Below, piece by piece: positions 42,801 through 58,399 of a DNA stretch of 64,000 nucleotides. This stretch comes from Camelus ferus (taxonomy: Eukaryota). A program made the position numbers and the translations under genes. The notes beneath the pieces are model-generated. The model was not told the DNA's origin. It ran no database searches and saw nothing but the letters and a program-made list of their open reading frames with translations. Positions within the stretch are counted from its first letter, which is position 1; each line of letters begins with the position of its first letter. The stretch is from assembly GCF_009834535.1 (NCBI RefSeq), contig NC_045711.1, positions 20,522,001 to 20,586,000 of the forward strand. The letters run 5' to 3'.

Positions 42801-43673
42801 AGACTGTCTTTTTATAATGTGAGAGAAAAGTCAAAGCACAACTGTTTTGGTTAAGTAGCAAAGGGACAAGCAATCACACCTTGGGTTCTGGCTCACACCA
42901 CCTTCTGATCAAGAGACACTTGGGGGACACTAAAGAAATCTGAACAAGGACTAGGAACGGGGATGGGCAACAATAAAGAATTACTGTCATGTCGTCTGAT
43001 GTGACAACAGTGACAGGTAAAAAGTCAGCACAACATTTAGAGACGCAGGTAAGCTGAGCGGGGTGACGGTAGCATTTACTTTACGACTAGTTTTTCTATT
43101 TGTTTTTTGCTTTTTGTTTTCTTTTTTATGGAGGTACTTAGGATTGAACCCGAGACCTGGTGCATGCTAAGCACGTGCTTTACCGCTGGGCCACACCCAC
43201 TCCCGTAGCATTCACTGTAAAACCCTGGGGGAAACACACAGGCGTGGTAAGATATTACTCAGTGTCCTTCTATGTGCTAGATGGGGGGCGACCTCAGAAC
43301 ACTGCGATTGTGTCTGCTTGAGAACTTCAAATAGGAAGCTTTGTTTTCCAGCTACGCTGATCAGGATAGAAACCTGTCCTATTTTTGTTATAAAAGTTTG
43401 GAAGAGGTCTCTATACAAATAGAAGCCCAAATCGCCTGGCTTTTTCTAGTGACTTTTCTTGGCGAAAGGAAATCAAACCCCAGGGACGTTATGCAGGTAT
43501 TTTGGGGGACACGCCACGGCCAGCGAGTAGGCAGAGCTCAGGAGAGCGGGCAGGGGGCACTCACAGTCCGGGCAGCAGCCGTTGAAAGCCATCCGGCAGA
43601 TGCCGCAGTTCTCGTCGTTGGCCACCCAGAGCCAAGTGGCCACGCCGTTCCAGCACTTGATCTTCACCTTCAT
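39890..43673 (-). CDS. ANAPC11: Anaphase-promoting complex subunit 11 (RING-H2), 84 aa. Exons 43673-43565 and 40035-39890
   Basis: [84 protein letters not shown]. Probable non-coding exon 1 donor at 44209 and acceptor at 43685. Confidence 0.97.
42840..43068 (+). mobile_element. Old L1M (L1MC-like) 3' UTR fragment in the ANAPC11 intron
   Basis: GAGACACTTGGGGGACACTAAAGAAATCTGAAC...AAAGAATTACTGT...TTTAGAGACGCA resembles L1MC 3' ends. Confidence 0.5.
43091..43204 (-). mobile_element. Camelid-type tRNA-Ala-derived SINE with A-rich tail
   Basis: Reverse strand GGGAGTGGGTGTGGCCCAGCGGTAAAGCACGTGCTTAGCATGCACCAGGTCTCGGGTTCAATCCTAAGTACCTCCA plus A tail. Imperfect TSD GTAGCATT(T/C)ACT at 43069-43080 and 43205-43216. 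Confidence 0.85.
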
Positions 43674-44123
43674 GGCGCAAGAGCCTGCGGAGAGGGAAGA
43701 GACCACCGAGCTGCGCTGAGTCCGCGGAGCCACAGCACCTGGGCGCCAAAGAAGGGGTGCTGCCCGAGCCGGAGGGTCAGCGCGGGCAGGAATCGGGGCC
43801 GAAGGAGCAGCACAGACTATCTGCCAGGGGGCGGAGGTGGGGGCCGGGTCCTCGGGAGGCCCGGGCGCCCAGGGTGTCCGGCGACCCCGCACTTCTGGCC
43901 CGGCGTCCACGGAAGGGCGCGCTGGCCTCCGCTGACACCGGGAAAACGTGCCGATCAGTACTTCCGAAAGGGACACGACTGGCCCGGGGTGGCCGAACAC
44001 CCAAGCCCGCCCCCACCGGGCCGCGCCCCCTCCCCGCCGCGGGACCGGCTGCAGGAGCGGGGAGGGGCAAGGGAGGGGCGCCCCGCCAGGCCCCGCCCCA
44101 ACGGCCGCACCTCGCCAACCTAA

Positions 44124-47742
<3,619 letters not shown>

Positions 47743-47812
47743 ACAGACCAGCAGATCCGTGCATGGACCAGGACCCAGATGTCTTGTCCGTGCTCCCTGG
47801 AGGGACGGGTGA

Positions 47813-48059
47813 NNNNNNNNNNNNNNNNNNNNNNNNNNNNNNNNNNNNNNNNNNNNNNNNNNNNNNNNNNNNNNNNNNNNNNNNNNNNNNNNNNNNNNNN
47901 NNNNNNNNNNNNNNNNNNNNNNNNNNNNNNNNNNNNNNNNNNNNNNNNNNNNNNNNNNNNNNNNNNNNNNNNNNNNNNNNNNNNNNNNNNNNNNNNNNNN
48001 NNNNNNNNNNNNNNNNNNNNNNNNNNNNNNNNNNNNNNNNNNNNNNNNNNNNNNNNNNN
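47813..48059. other. Sequence gap (247 N) in the ALYREF 3'UTR, probably hiding its poly(A) signal
   Basis: N run. Confidence 1.
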
Positions 48060-50039
48060 TTCGTCCCCATCGGAGTCCTCGCCTGGGCTGGAGCTCTGGT
48101 GTCAGTCCAGGGGGTGGGAGGGACACGGCAGACCTGAGGAGGAAATGTGGGCAGCAGGCCTGCCGGGTGTGTGGCACCCGGCCTAGGGGTTGGAGTTAGT
48201 GCTGCGGGAGGTTGGTGGTGGCCACTCTTCCGTCTTTGTTTTGCAGACCCTAATTTGTTTCCTACCCGGTAGGGTGGGCGCGGGAGGACGTGGAGCAGTG
48301 TCTTGCGCCCGCAGCCGCCTGGTCACCTGTACTTCGAGGTGTTTCTGCCACCCTGTGTTTCTGCCAGCCTTCAGATGACTGCTGACTGCAGGCTTGGCCA
48401 TTCCTTTGTGGTCCTCAGGAACCTGGATTCAGCAGTTGTGACTGCAATGTAATTGTCTCATGTGTCTTGTTTTGTGTCATCAGGGAAGGAGCATGGTGTC
48501 AGGGTGTCCTTTTCTTAATTCCGCACTAGGTGATGTAGCTGGTGGGAGCTGTGGCAGAATCTAATTTGACTTGCAGAGAACTGCAGGGGCTGGCAGACAC
48601 AGATGCCTGCCCAGACCCCTTCTGGGACGGTAGAGCAGGGCAGTGACATCACCTGCCTCTACACCATGTGCCCAGCCATGCGGTCCCTGCAGTTCAGGAG
48701 GGGCGGAGACACCTTTGGGCGCCCCCTCTTAGGGCACGCTTCTCTGCTGCTTGGTTCTGCCTGAAACCAGGCTGGAGAGAGGGTCCTTGTTCCGGGCTCA
48801 CAGGCACGTTCCAGGGCGGGACTGGGGAGGGCCGGGACGGGGCCGGTACTAAGTGGCGCCCTCAGCAGGCAAGACACACGGGGAGCTCTCGGCCTCGCCT
48901 CATCCCGAGGCAGCTGCCACTGTGGCTTCCCATCTTCCCTGTGTGGGAGGGGGCTGGGGTGCCTCACAAGGGATGGATGTGAGGAAGGGGTTACCGCGCT
49001 GTCACTGCAGGGCCGGCAGTTGCTGCTTGAGCTGCCCGAGGTGCGCCAGGCAGCGAGTGGAAAGATGGGCCATCCCTGCCCTTGGCCAGAGGAGCTGGTC
49101 CAGCTGGAAGGGGTCGTTGTGTGCTCGGCTTTAGCAGCTGTGGTTGTGAGGAGTGGGTGTGGTTGAGGTTGCACACCTGGGCAGAGCTGGGCGGTGTCCC
49201 TGAGGAGGTGGCCTTGGGCTCAGCAGGCAGGTGCCAGGTGGGACACTGCTTTCTGGGGCGTCGGGAGAGGCAGCAGGACGCCTTGCTCTGCTCGTTCGTT
49301 CCACCTGGAAGCTGACGAGAGCATCTGACTGGGGCCCGCTGGGCCCGGGGCTGGAAGTGGTGGCACTGACGGCCCCTCAGATGGGGAGCCCTGCGGGGCG
49401 CTCAGGTGTTTGGAGGGAGTGGCTGCTGGGGTTTGGGGGCTCATGGGGCAGCATGAGGAGTGCCTGAGGGGAACACGTCGAGGGATGTCGTTAGTGGAGA
49501 GCGGGTCACAGGAGGAAGCAAACAAAGGGCAGGTGCCAGGCACCGTCGTCAGGTGTCAGGGTAAGTGCTAAGGCTGTGGAGGAGAACAGAGCAGAGGGTG
49601 CCCAGGAGGAGGCAGAGACCCACGAAGGTCTTTGGGGGAAAGCTACCTACAGAAGAGCAAGCGCCAGGGTCCTGAGGTGAGAACTCTGGGACAGGCCAGA
49701 GCCCCGGCGTGGCTGGGTGGACGGGGCAGAGGACCTGGGGCCTCACTGATGGCCTCTGCTGGGCCCTGAGGGAAGCCCTGTGGGGGCGTCTACCAGAGGG
49801 GCAGCCTGGTATGGGACAAGGGCCTAGGGCCCAGCACGCGGGGACTGATGTCGGTGAGTGACAGCCACAAACTGACCGAAAAGGCCACTTGGAGTGGGCT
49901 TTAGTGTTTCAGTTTCAATGAGTGTCGAGTGTGAAATACTCTTAAGAAAACTAGTTTTTCACCTGAGAAAATAACATACCCGATCAGCATAAAGAAGCTG
50001 ACATAAACAGAACCGCCCTCCCAGCGCTGTCCAGAGCCC

Positions 50040-50760
50040 TTGATACTCCAGGGGTTTAAAAAAGCGAGAGCTTTACTGACGTATAATCCACACACTGCAA
50101 AGCTTGCCCATTCACATAGTGATTTTACTATATTCACAGAGTGACAAATCTACCCCCACTTTGAAATTCCAGAATATTCTCATCACCCCAGAAAGCAAGC
50201 CACCAGCAGCCCCTCCTCAATTCCTCCCCTGACCCCTGGCGTCCACTGGTCCACTCGCCTTCCGTCTCTGGACCTGCCTGTCCTGGATGTTTCAAACTGA
50301 GCTGTAGGGTGTGCGACTTTCCAGGTCCATCCTCTTTAACTCAGCATGATGTCTTCAAGGCTCAGCACTCAGGCCTTTTTCTTGCCAAACAGTCTAGGCT
50401 GGGTGTCTCACGCACAGTTTAGCCACTCACCAGGTGATGGACACCTAGGCTGTTTATGGTTTTGACTTTTGGGGTAATGTTGCCATGGGCATCTATGCAC
50501 ACGTTTGTTATGTAAACATGCATTTTCACTTCTCTTGGAGTGGGATTGCTGGGTCATAGAGCAACTGAGTTTAATTTTTTGAGGAGTCAGGGGTCTTCCC
50601 ACGGCAGCTACACACTCTTCCGTTCACCCCAGCGGTGATAAAGACTCCAGTTTCCCCACTTTCTTGACAACACTTTGTCTTTCTTATTTTGGCCATCTGT
50701 GGGGGGCGAAGTGGTGTCTCATCATGGTTTTGCTTTGTAATTTCTTTTCCTTATAACCTG
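50040..50760 (-). mobile_element. Degenerate L1M (L1MB/MC-like) ORF2 end and 3'UTR
   Basis: CCAGAATATTCTCATCACCCCAGAAA, GATGGACACCTAGGCTGTTT, GAGTGGGATTGCTGGGTCATA, GTGGTGTCTCATCATGGTTTTG are characteristic antisense L1 motifs. Confidence 0.8.
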
Positions 50761-51149
50761 TTTCTTTTTTAAATGTCCGGATTGAATAACAGTTACTCTG
50801 GGTAGGACGTTGCTCCCTGTGCAGTTCGGAGGACTTTTCCCACACACTGATCTGTTTGAACGTGGTGAGTGCCACGACTCCAGTTTTACAAAGAAAAATA
50901 CAAAGATCTCTTTATATTGCTTTGTACTCTTTAAGCTTTATAGAAGTAATAAAAAATAACGTGATATTCCTGAAATGGACATAGCTAGCACCTTCCCTAA
51001 TAATTTATATGAACGTCCACCTCTTTCTCCATTTAACTGTGAATGTCTTATAATTTTGATATTCAGATTTATAGAAAAAAGTGAGAATTGGACAAAGAAT
51101 TTGGTGCCCCCCTCACCCAGACCCCAGGTGAGACCCCATTCCTCTTCAC

Positions 51150-52320
51150 CCTCTGTTTTTCTGGAACTGATGGAGAGCAGGCTGCAGCAGGCTGCCACTT
51201 GACCCCTACACCCGTGCCCGTGCGTGTCTCCAAAAGCGAGGGCATCCTCTTCCGCAGTCAGACGTGAACACTGACAGCGATACCGTTACCCGAACTGCAG
51301 GCCTTGCTCAAGTCTGGCCGGCTGTCCTAGCAGCCTGTGTTGTGAGCGCTTCTGGTCCACGTGGAAAAGGCAGGCCTGGGCCGTGAGGGTGTCCAGCCGT
51401 TTTCAGTGCTTTAGCCCTCTGTGTGTTTTATGACCTTGACACTTTCTGCAGGTTGCTCCCGTTGGGGATTGTCTCACTCAGGTCTGATTAGACTGGGGCT
51501 GTGGATTCTCGGCAAGAATATCACTGACGGGGGTTCCCGTGCGCACCGGACGGCAGTCTGTCTGATTCCCGTGGTGTGAGATTGTGCATGTGGTTCAGGT
51601 GGGAGCGGCCAGTTTTCTCGACTGCACAGTCACCCTTCTCCCCCTGGTAATCCATCAGTTTGTTGGAGGAGGAACTTTGAGACTAAGAGAACACTTGTTT
51701 CTCACAGTTTTGCCTGCTAATTTTAGCATCCTGTGGTGCAGTCATTATTACTCTGGTGTTTCATGGTTAGTTTTTACATTTCCCTCATTCCTTCAACATT
51801 AATTGGAACTATTTTCTAAGACAGAGCAGCCCCTTCTCTACCATTTACTCAGTCATTTGTATCGGCATGGACTTGTGGACCTGTATTTGATTCTATGAGA
51901 CGTAATCTGGTGACTGCCATTCTGCTGCTCCGAAGGTTAGGGATCCTAGTGTGCCCTTTTGACGTGCCATGTCCTTAAAAGCACTTCCTAACTTTCTGGC
52001 CCCAGGGGAGACTCCAGGCCCACCTTCTATTCTCTGGCTCGTTTCGTGGAGACTGGGATTTAGCAGCCAAGATCTGGACGTTGCTTGTGCTCACTGCCAC
52101 CGAGCTGCTGTCACTGCTGAGTCCTCTCAGGACAGAGCTAGGAAACACATGTACTAACTCACGTGTGTACCTCTGTATTTGTTTCTGAACCTATCTAGTT
52201 GCATACACACATTAAAAAAACCGTGAGTTCACACTGACGTCTCTGATCCCAGCCCGACTCCCGAGGATTCACTCTCACCTGCCCTTATTTATAAATTCTT
52301 TCTCTGGCAGTGAGAAGCCT
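51150..52320 (-). mobile_element. Degenerate L1MC-like 3' region
   Basis: TTATGACCTTGACACTTT, GATTAGACTGGGG...GGCAAGAATATCAC, GAACTTTGAGACTA, CATTTCCCTCATTCCTTC motifs. Confidence 0.6.
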
Positions 52321-52522
52321 GGCTTTCGTGGTCCACGTGGTATCTGCTTAGACGACATCAGTCCTTTAAGTGTCTGCCTAACCTGATCGTAGAGCTGCTG
52401 ACCCACACCTGTAAGACACATTCGCTAACCAGGGGGCAGGACTGGGTTCTTGAATGTGTGGAGTCAGGGTACCCAGTGAAGGTACTGGTTCCCAAGGTTG
52501 CTTAGGCGAGTGAGTCTCTCCC

Positions 52523-52614
52523 ACACTTTTTTAAGGTGGTTTCTGGCATCCGCTGGAAACCGCTTTTGGTGAACTTCACTTCCCGGTGTGTGCCTGCGGC
52601 CGGGGTAGCCCCAC
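52523..52614 (+). repeat. Second copy of the ALYREF intron 2 segment, abutting the MER21-like LTR
   Basis: Manual alignment to 46007-46099. Confidence 0.9.
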
Positions 52615-52960
52615 GCACACCTCCCACCCCACACCCTGTCCCGTGTGTCTCACGTGTGGCTGTGTCAGAGTTGTGTCCTCTATAATAAATGGGTACCTGT
52701 AGGTAAAGTGTTTTCCTGAGTTCTCTGAGTTTTAGTGAATTACTGAACCTGAGGGGGCAGTTGTGGGAACCCTTGAATTTGTAGTTTGCTGGCAAAAATC
52801 TGGGTAGCTTATGACTGGTGTCTGAAATGCGAGCAGTCTTGGACTGAGGCCTCAACCTGCAGGGTCTGGGCTCACTCCAGATACTCAGCGTTTAATTGAA
52901 ATGTGGCACGTGTGGTTTCAGGCAATTGGTGCGAGGGAAAAAACCTGTCAGTGGTGCATC
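52615..52960 (+). mobile_element. MER21-like ERVL/ERV1 LTR, 3' part
   Basis: TCCTCTATAATAAA...GTGTTTTCCTGAGTTCTCTGAG...TGAACCTGAGGGGGCAGTTGTGGGAACCC...GCAGTCTTGGACTGAG resembles MER21C as recalled. Confidence 0.75.
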
Positions 52961-53319
52961 ATCCAAGTGCATGGTGTGGACTCTGTCTGGATCCTGCTGT
53001 GGATAAACCAACTGGAACAGCAGTTCTGAGATGGGGAAACTGAACATGGACTGTTAAAGAGCTTATATAAACCAAACAACACCAGAAAATCAAGATAAAC
53101 CAAACAGTGGGAAACACAAGGGCATGAACAAGCAGTTCACAAAAGAAGTAAGACAAATATGCTCGCTCTTCTAATGTTGCAAGAAAAGGAGTTACAATTA
53201 TATGATGCCATCATTTTAGACGTTAAATTGGCAAATATATATACATTCTAAAGAGATACACACACATATATTCTAAAACATTAACACAAACCTTTCTTGG
53301 AAAAGGCAAAACCAGGGAT

Positions 53320-55160
53320 TTTCATATAGATGACATGATCCTACAGGTAAAAAATCTTAAGGAATCACACAAACTTTAAGAACTAGTAAAAGAGTTTAGC
53401 AAGGTTGCAGGATATAAGGTCAACATACAGAAATCAAGCAAAATGAAAATTTCAATTCAAAATGAAATTCAGCATGAAATTCAAAAATGAAATTAAGGAA
53501 ATTCTATTCATGTCAATACTAAAAAGAATAAAATTCTTAGGAACAAATTTAACAATAGAAGTGCCAGACCTGACCGTAGAGTGAAAATTATGAAATATTG
53601 CTGAGAGACATTTAAGATTAAATAGATGTATAGAAATCTCATGCTTTGGGTTGGAAGACTCAGTATCAATAAAATGTTAAGTCTCCCCAGATTGTTCTAC
53701 AGATTCAATGTAATTCCTATCAATAGATGCTTTTGCAGAAATTGAGAACGGATTTTAACATTTCTATGGAAATTCAAAGGACCTAGAATAGCCAAAACAA
53801 TTTTGAAAAGAATGGTAAAGCTGGAGAACCCACACTACAGGTTTCAAAACTTACAACAAAGCTACAGTAACCAAGAGACTGTGGTGTTAAGGATAAACAT
53901 ATAGATTAAGGAACAAAGTTGAGTCTATAAATAAACCCTGAAGTTTATGGCGAATAGAATTTCAACAGAGGTGCCAAGACAGTTCAGTGGGGGAAATTAC
54001 TAGGCTTTTCCACCTGTGCTGGGACAATCAGATATCCCTACACACGCGCGGAAGAACTTTGCCTCAACTCATGCCTTACACAGGGATTAACTCAAAATGG
54101 AGCGTAGACCTAAATGGAAGCTGAAATCGTAAAAATAATAGGAGAAAATCTTTACAGCTTTGCCTTAGGTAAATAGTTCTTAGACACAACATCAAAAGCA
54201 TGAGCCATGAAGAAATTTTTTATAAACTTCACTAAAATAAAAGGTTTTGCTCTAACAGACATCTTTAGGAAAAGTCAAGTCAAGCCACAGAAGATGTTTA
54301 CAAACCATACATCTGACAAAGGACTGCTATCCAGGACCCATTAGTCGTCTTACAATGGACGACTAACCAAATTTTAAAATGGACAAAAGACTTGAATAGA
54401 TACCTTACCAAAGAAGACTCTTCAAGAAAATGCAAATCTAACCCAGGAGATACCATGTCGCACCCACTAGGACAGGTTTAATCAAAAAGACAGACAATGC
54501 CAAGGGTTGGCAAAGGTGTGCCCCGTTGGAACCCTCTCACCTTGTTGTCAGGGTTGTAAAATGACGTCCACCTTGGAAAACATGGGGATTTCCACTGTGA
54601 GGAATCTACTCAAGACAAATGAACATATGTTCACGCGAAGACAGATGCTGCTGTTCACAATGGACAAAAAGGAATCCAAAGGTCCAGCTGATAAATGAAT
54701 ACCAACAAAATGTGGAACATTTGCACAGCGATTGGAACAAAAGCACTGACCGCAGATGGACGGCAAGACGTCAGATGATATCACAGGCCCCCAGAACGAA
54801 ATGCCCAGGAAAGGCCAGCTTACAGCTGCAGGAAAGCAGGGCAGTGGCTGCCAGGGTCTGAGGGGGAAGGGGTGGCTGCAGCAGTGGGCACTGACTCAGT
54901 TGCGTAAGGGAAGCTTGGTCAGAATGATGATTATGCAGCTCTACAAATTTACTGGAAAATAGTTGAACTGTAAATTTTGTTTTGTTGTGGGGGTAATTAG
55001 GTTTATTTACTTACTTACTATTCTAATGGAGGTGTTGGGGATTGAACCCAGGACCTCGTGCATGCTAAGCACACGCTCTACCATTGAGCTACAGCCTCCC
55101 CCTGAATTGTAAACTCAATGGGTGGATTTTGTAAATTATACCTCAATCAAGCTGTAAAAA
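53320..55160 (+). mobile_element. Degenerate L1 (ORF2 RT/C-terminal region to 3' end with A tail), interrupted by a SINE at 54975-55102
   Basis: Begins at ATAGATGACATGAT (FADDM-like motif), continues AGCAAGGTTGCAGGATATAAGGTCAACATACAGAAATC and ACCTAGAATAGCCAAAACAATTTTGAAAAG, and ends TTATACCTCAATCAAGCTGT-A15. No open frame. Confidence 0.88.
54975..55102 (-). mobile_element. Camelid-type tRNA-Ala(AGC)-derived SINE nested in the L1 3' end
   Basis: Reverse strand GGGGGAGGCTGTAGCTCAATGGTAGAGCGTGTGCTTAGCATGCACGAGGTCCTGGGTTCAATCCCCAACACCTCCA, tail ...AATAAACCTAATTACCCCC. TSD TGAA(C/T)TGTAAA at 54964-54974 and 55103-55113. Confidence 0.9.
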
Positions 55161-55680
55161 AAAAAAAAAATTTACCTTGCCGCTCTATGTCATTAAGTAT
55201 TTTTATTTAAATCATGTGAAAGGATTTAATTCATCACGGATTTTTTAAATGAACATGTTAATATTAATTACAGTGCAAATGCTCCTGGGCCGCGCAGTAA
55301 TGCACTTTTGAGATCCACTATGGAGATGTTTGATATCCTAGAAGTGCTGTAGTGAACATCCTTGTAAGGAAACCTTTGTGTACAGCCACCGTTCTTTCTT
55401 CAGAACACCATTAAGGTTCAAGTTGTACCTTCTCGGCACTACCCCCCGCCCTGCCCCACCCCGCGCTCTCCCATCTCTTAGGGTCTCTGCTAATTAGCTA
55501 AAAAGGTTCAAAATAGCATCCTTCCTCCCTCATGATGGTGCAGTCATGTCACATCCCGAGGGGTCTAGTTCCTACAGGTCCTACCTGCACCCACAGAAAG
55601 GATGGAGGGCAGGGACATGGTGTCAGCACTGGGGTGTGGTGTCAACAGCTGGTCTCGGCTGTGGTAGACTCTATAGGACC

Positions 55681-55748
55681 AGTGGCCCTGGTACTCCCAC
55701 AGGGCACTGCAGGGAGTGGCCCTGGTCCTCCCACGGGACACTGCAGGG
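55681..55748 (+). repeat. Tandem duplication, 2 x 34 bp (31/34 identical)
   Basis: AGTGGCCCTGGT(A/C)CTCCCAC(A/G)GG(G/A)CACTGCAGGG twice. Confidence 0.9.
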
Positions 55749-55892
55749 AGCGGTGAGGATGATCTTGCTGATGAAGACACACAACTGATGCAACATATAA
55801 AGCTTAACTAGATTCTGATTCAAAGAGAAAGTAAAAGAACTCAGTACAAGCAAGGAAAATACTGGTTAGATCTTTAATGATATTTGTTAATT

Positions 55893-56250
55893 GTATTGGC
55901 CGGTATTCCAGGCACCTACTGCTCTGTAAGAAATTACTCCAAAACCCGGTGTAAAACATACTTTATTGTGCTTACAGATTCTGAAGGTAAGGGAGTGAGA
56001 CGGGATGGTTCATCTGGCACCACAGGGCGGGGCTCCTAGGTCTTCAGCCCGTCTTTGGATTGAGAAGCCACACCCCAGCCTCACCCTCAGCTGGGCCCTG
56101 AGCTGCAGCCACAGTGGGATGAGGTTAGGGGGCCCTGTGGGTGGCAAGTGTATTTTCCCACAGAGGGCTGTGGGTCACCGGGACACGGCTGAAGAGCCAC
56201 ACACCCTTTGCTTCTCTTCCCATTGGCAGGTGGAGTGTCTGTTATGATGC
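55893..56250 (-). mobile_element. MLT1-like (MaLR) LTR fragment
   Basis: TGTATT...CTGCTCTGTAAGAAATTACTCCAAAAC...TTTATTGTGCTTACAGATTCTG resembles the antisense MLT1 3' end. Confidence 0.6.
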
Positions 56251-57399
56251 CACTTCTTTTGTGTTGGGATCTCTGCTCATCTTGTTTGAAACTTACAGGA
56301 CTTAAGTAGGCTGTGTTCAGACAGGTTAAGTAGTTCAAAATGGAGTCACAGTGGCCAACATGAGCTTCCATGTTGGTTATTCTGAAATGTAACGTACACC
56401 ATAGGACTGGGAGTGTCCCAAGTGATAAACTGAGAGTATTGCTTTAGATGAGAAGTTTGACAGGCCGTGTGTGTTACTGGGACAGAAGGAAAAATGGGGA
56501 GAGTGAAGCCCCCTCCCCAGGGGAACTGTTACTCCTTAGAAAGAGACCACTGAGCTGAGTGAGTTGAAGGCTGTTTGCCGGAGGGCCTGACTCCACGCTG
56601 CTGAAAGCTGTTCCGGGGTCTGGACGCTGCCTGACGCCCTGTCGGGGCAGCCAGCAACTCCCCCGTCACAGGGTGGAACTGTGCTGGGACGCCGCCTCCG
56701 TGGACTCCGCCTTGGAGTGGTCAGTCACCCCCTTTCCCTACTTGTAGCGGTGAAACACCAGGCAACTCCTGAACCGAACACTGTTGTTTCGTGCATCGCC
56801 AATTCCATGATTCCCACTGGCCCTTCCTGCTGGGCCCAGAGACAAACTCTGCCCTAGAACCTGGCCTGGCCTGAGTCGGGCTTGCCCAGCAGAGCCGCAG
56901 CATAGTTCTGGCCCTTCCAAGTGGGCTCCCTCGAAGTCACAGAAGACGGGCCTCTTGAAACACTTGCTGTTGGAGACTAGCTGCCAAAACAACCGGGGGG
57001 CGTGTGGGAGAGCCTCGGCTGACAACCGTCTTGCTGGCCAGTCTTCAGGAGGCTGCGGCGCGGACCCAGCAGACTACAGCCGCATGGGAACCCCGTGCTC
57101 AGCCCATGGGGAGAAGCATAAATCCGAGCTCCAGGCCAGTGTGTCTGGAGAGGTCTGTTAAACCACAAGGGGCGGCGGGGATAACAGTACCCTGGCTGTT
57201 GTTTACCCTGAGAGGATTCCTTTCTTCCAAAATAAACGCATGTTGAACTATTCACAGTGGACATGACATCTGAGGTTTGTTTCAACGTTGCTGTGTGTTG
57301 GGAGATGAAGGCATTGATGAAACAAGAGCGACCACGAGCTGCTACCTGTTGAAGCCAGGAGCTAGGGCCCCTGGGTTCATAATCCCGGTGCCGGGTGGT

Positions 57400-57850
57400 G
57401 GGCCCCGCCAACTGTACTGGGGAGGATCTGTGACCAGCAGAAGGGATGGCACTTGTGACACTAGATTGTGAGAGCCACCGCGGCTGCATCCCGAGCACTT
57501 GTTGATTCCCTTGCTCGTTTTCTGCTTTTGAGGCCTCACTTCAGGGGAAGCAAGCTGCCCTACTGGGAGCAGCCCTATGGAGAGGCCAGGAGCCGCAGGT
57601 GGCAGGGAATCAAGGCCTCCAGCCAAAAGCCCTCGAGGAAGAGAGTCTCCCGCCCACAGGCGAGCACAAGCTTGGAATTCCAGGAGATCTTCAGAGACCC
57701 AGGCCCTGGCTCACAGCTTGACCACAACCTCAGGAGAGGCCCGGAACCAGAACCACCCTGCAGAGCTGCTCCCTGACTCCCACACAAATGTTGATCGTTT
57801 TAAGCTAAATTCCTGGTAAGTTTTCACACAGCAGTAGACTACTAATATAA
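57400..57850 (+). mobile_element. MLT1E/F-like MaLR LTR
   Basis: CCCTGGCTCACAGCTTGACCACAACCTCAGGAGAG...CCAGAACCACCC...GCTGCTCCC...TTTTAAGCT...CACAGCAGTAGACTACTAATA 3' terminus. Confidence 0.75.
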
Positions 57851-57910
57851 TGGAGTTTGGAAATTTTTAAAAGCCCTCGGGTTATCAGAAAGCAGACTTT
57901 TCCTCCGCCA

Positions 57911-57921
57911 GTGACTCAGCA
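57911..57921 (+). promoter_or_regulatory. Perfect ARE GTGACTCAGCA ~1.2 kb upstream of the ARHGDIA first exon
   Basis: Exact RTGACTCAGCA match. Function untested. Confidence 0.4.
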
Positions 57922-58399
57922 GTGCAGCAGGTCGCGTGGCCCTGGTGGTCTGGTTTTCAGGGACAGGGTGCCTCAGAAGCACAAACCCAGCACCAGACAA
58001 GAACGCTCTGCCTTGGGCCGACTGAACATCCTTCACACAGCGCTGACAGTGTGACTCTTGGTCACAGGAAAATCGCATATATTCCTCAGAAACCAAGACA
58101 TCTCCCAAAGATACCAAGCTTCAGGACTTCACATTAATTTCTATTGCCTAAAACCTGCAGGCGTGTGTGCTGCTGACGACTGCGGCCTCGACCCGGACTC
58201 GCTGAAGGCAGGCCACACAGACGGGTCCTGCCTTCCTGGGGCTGAAGAGCCACCGACGGGGGCAGGGGCCCGTTTCCGAGTTCTCACAAGGGCTGCGGGT
58301 GAAGGTCAGGAGGCGCACCACGCCCAGCATCTGGTGTGCAGCACTTGGGGGCCAGGACCCCACAAGGAGAAAGCGGGGTGGTGGGCGGGTGTCGGCAGC

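Noticed and set aside
55027-55102. tRNA-Ala(AGC)-like gene (also 43128-43204)
   Set aside because: A-rich tail, TSDs and a mispaired acceptor stem identify these as SINE heads rather than tRNA genes.
55681-55748. 34-bp direct repeats as a CRISPR-like array
   Set aside because: Only two adjacent copies with no spacer, in eukaryotic DNA. It is a simple tandem duplication.
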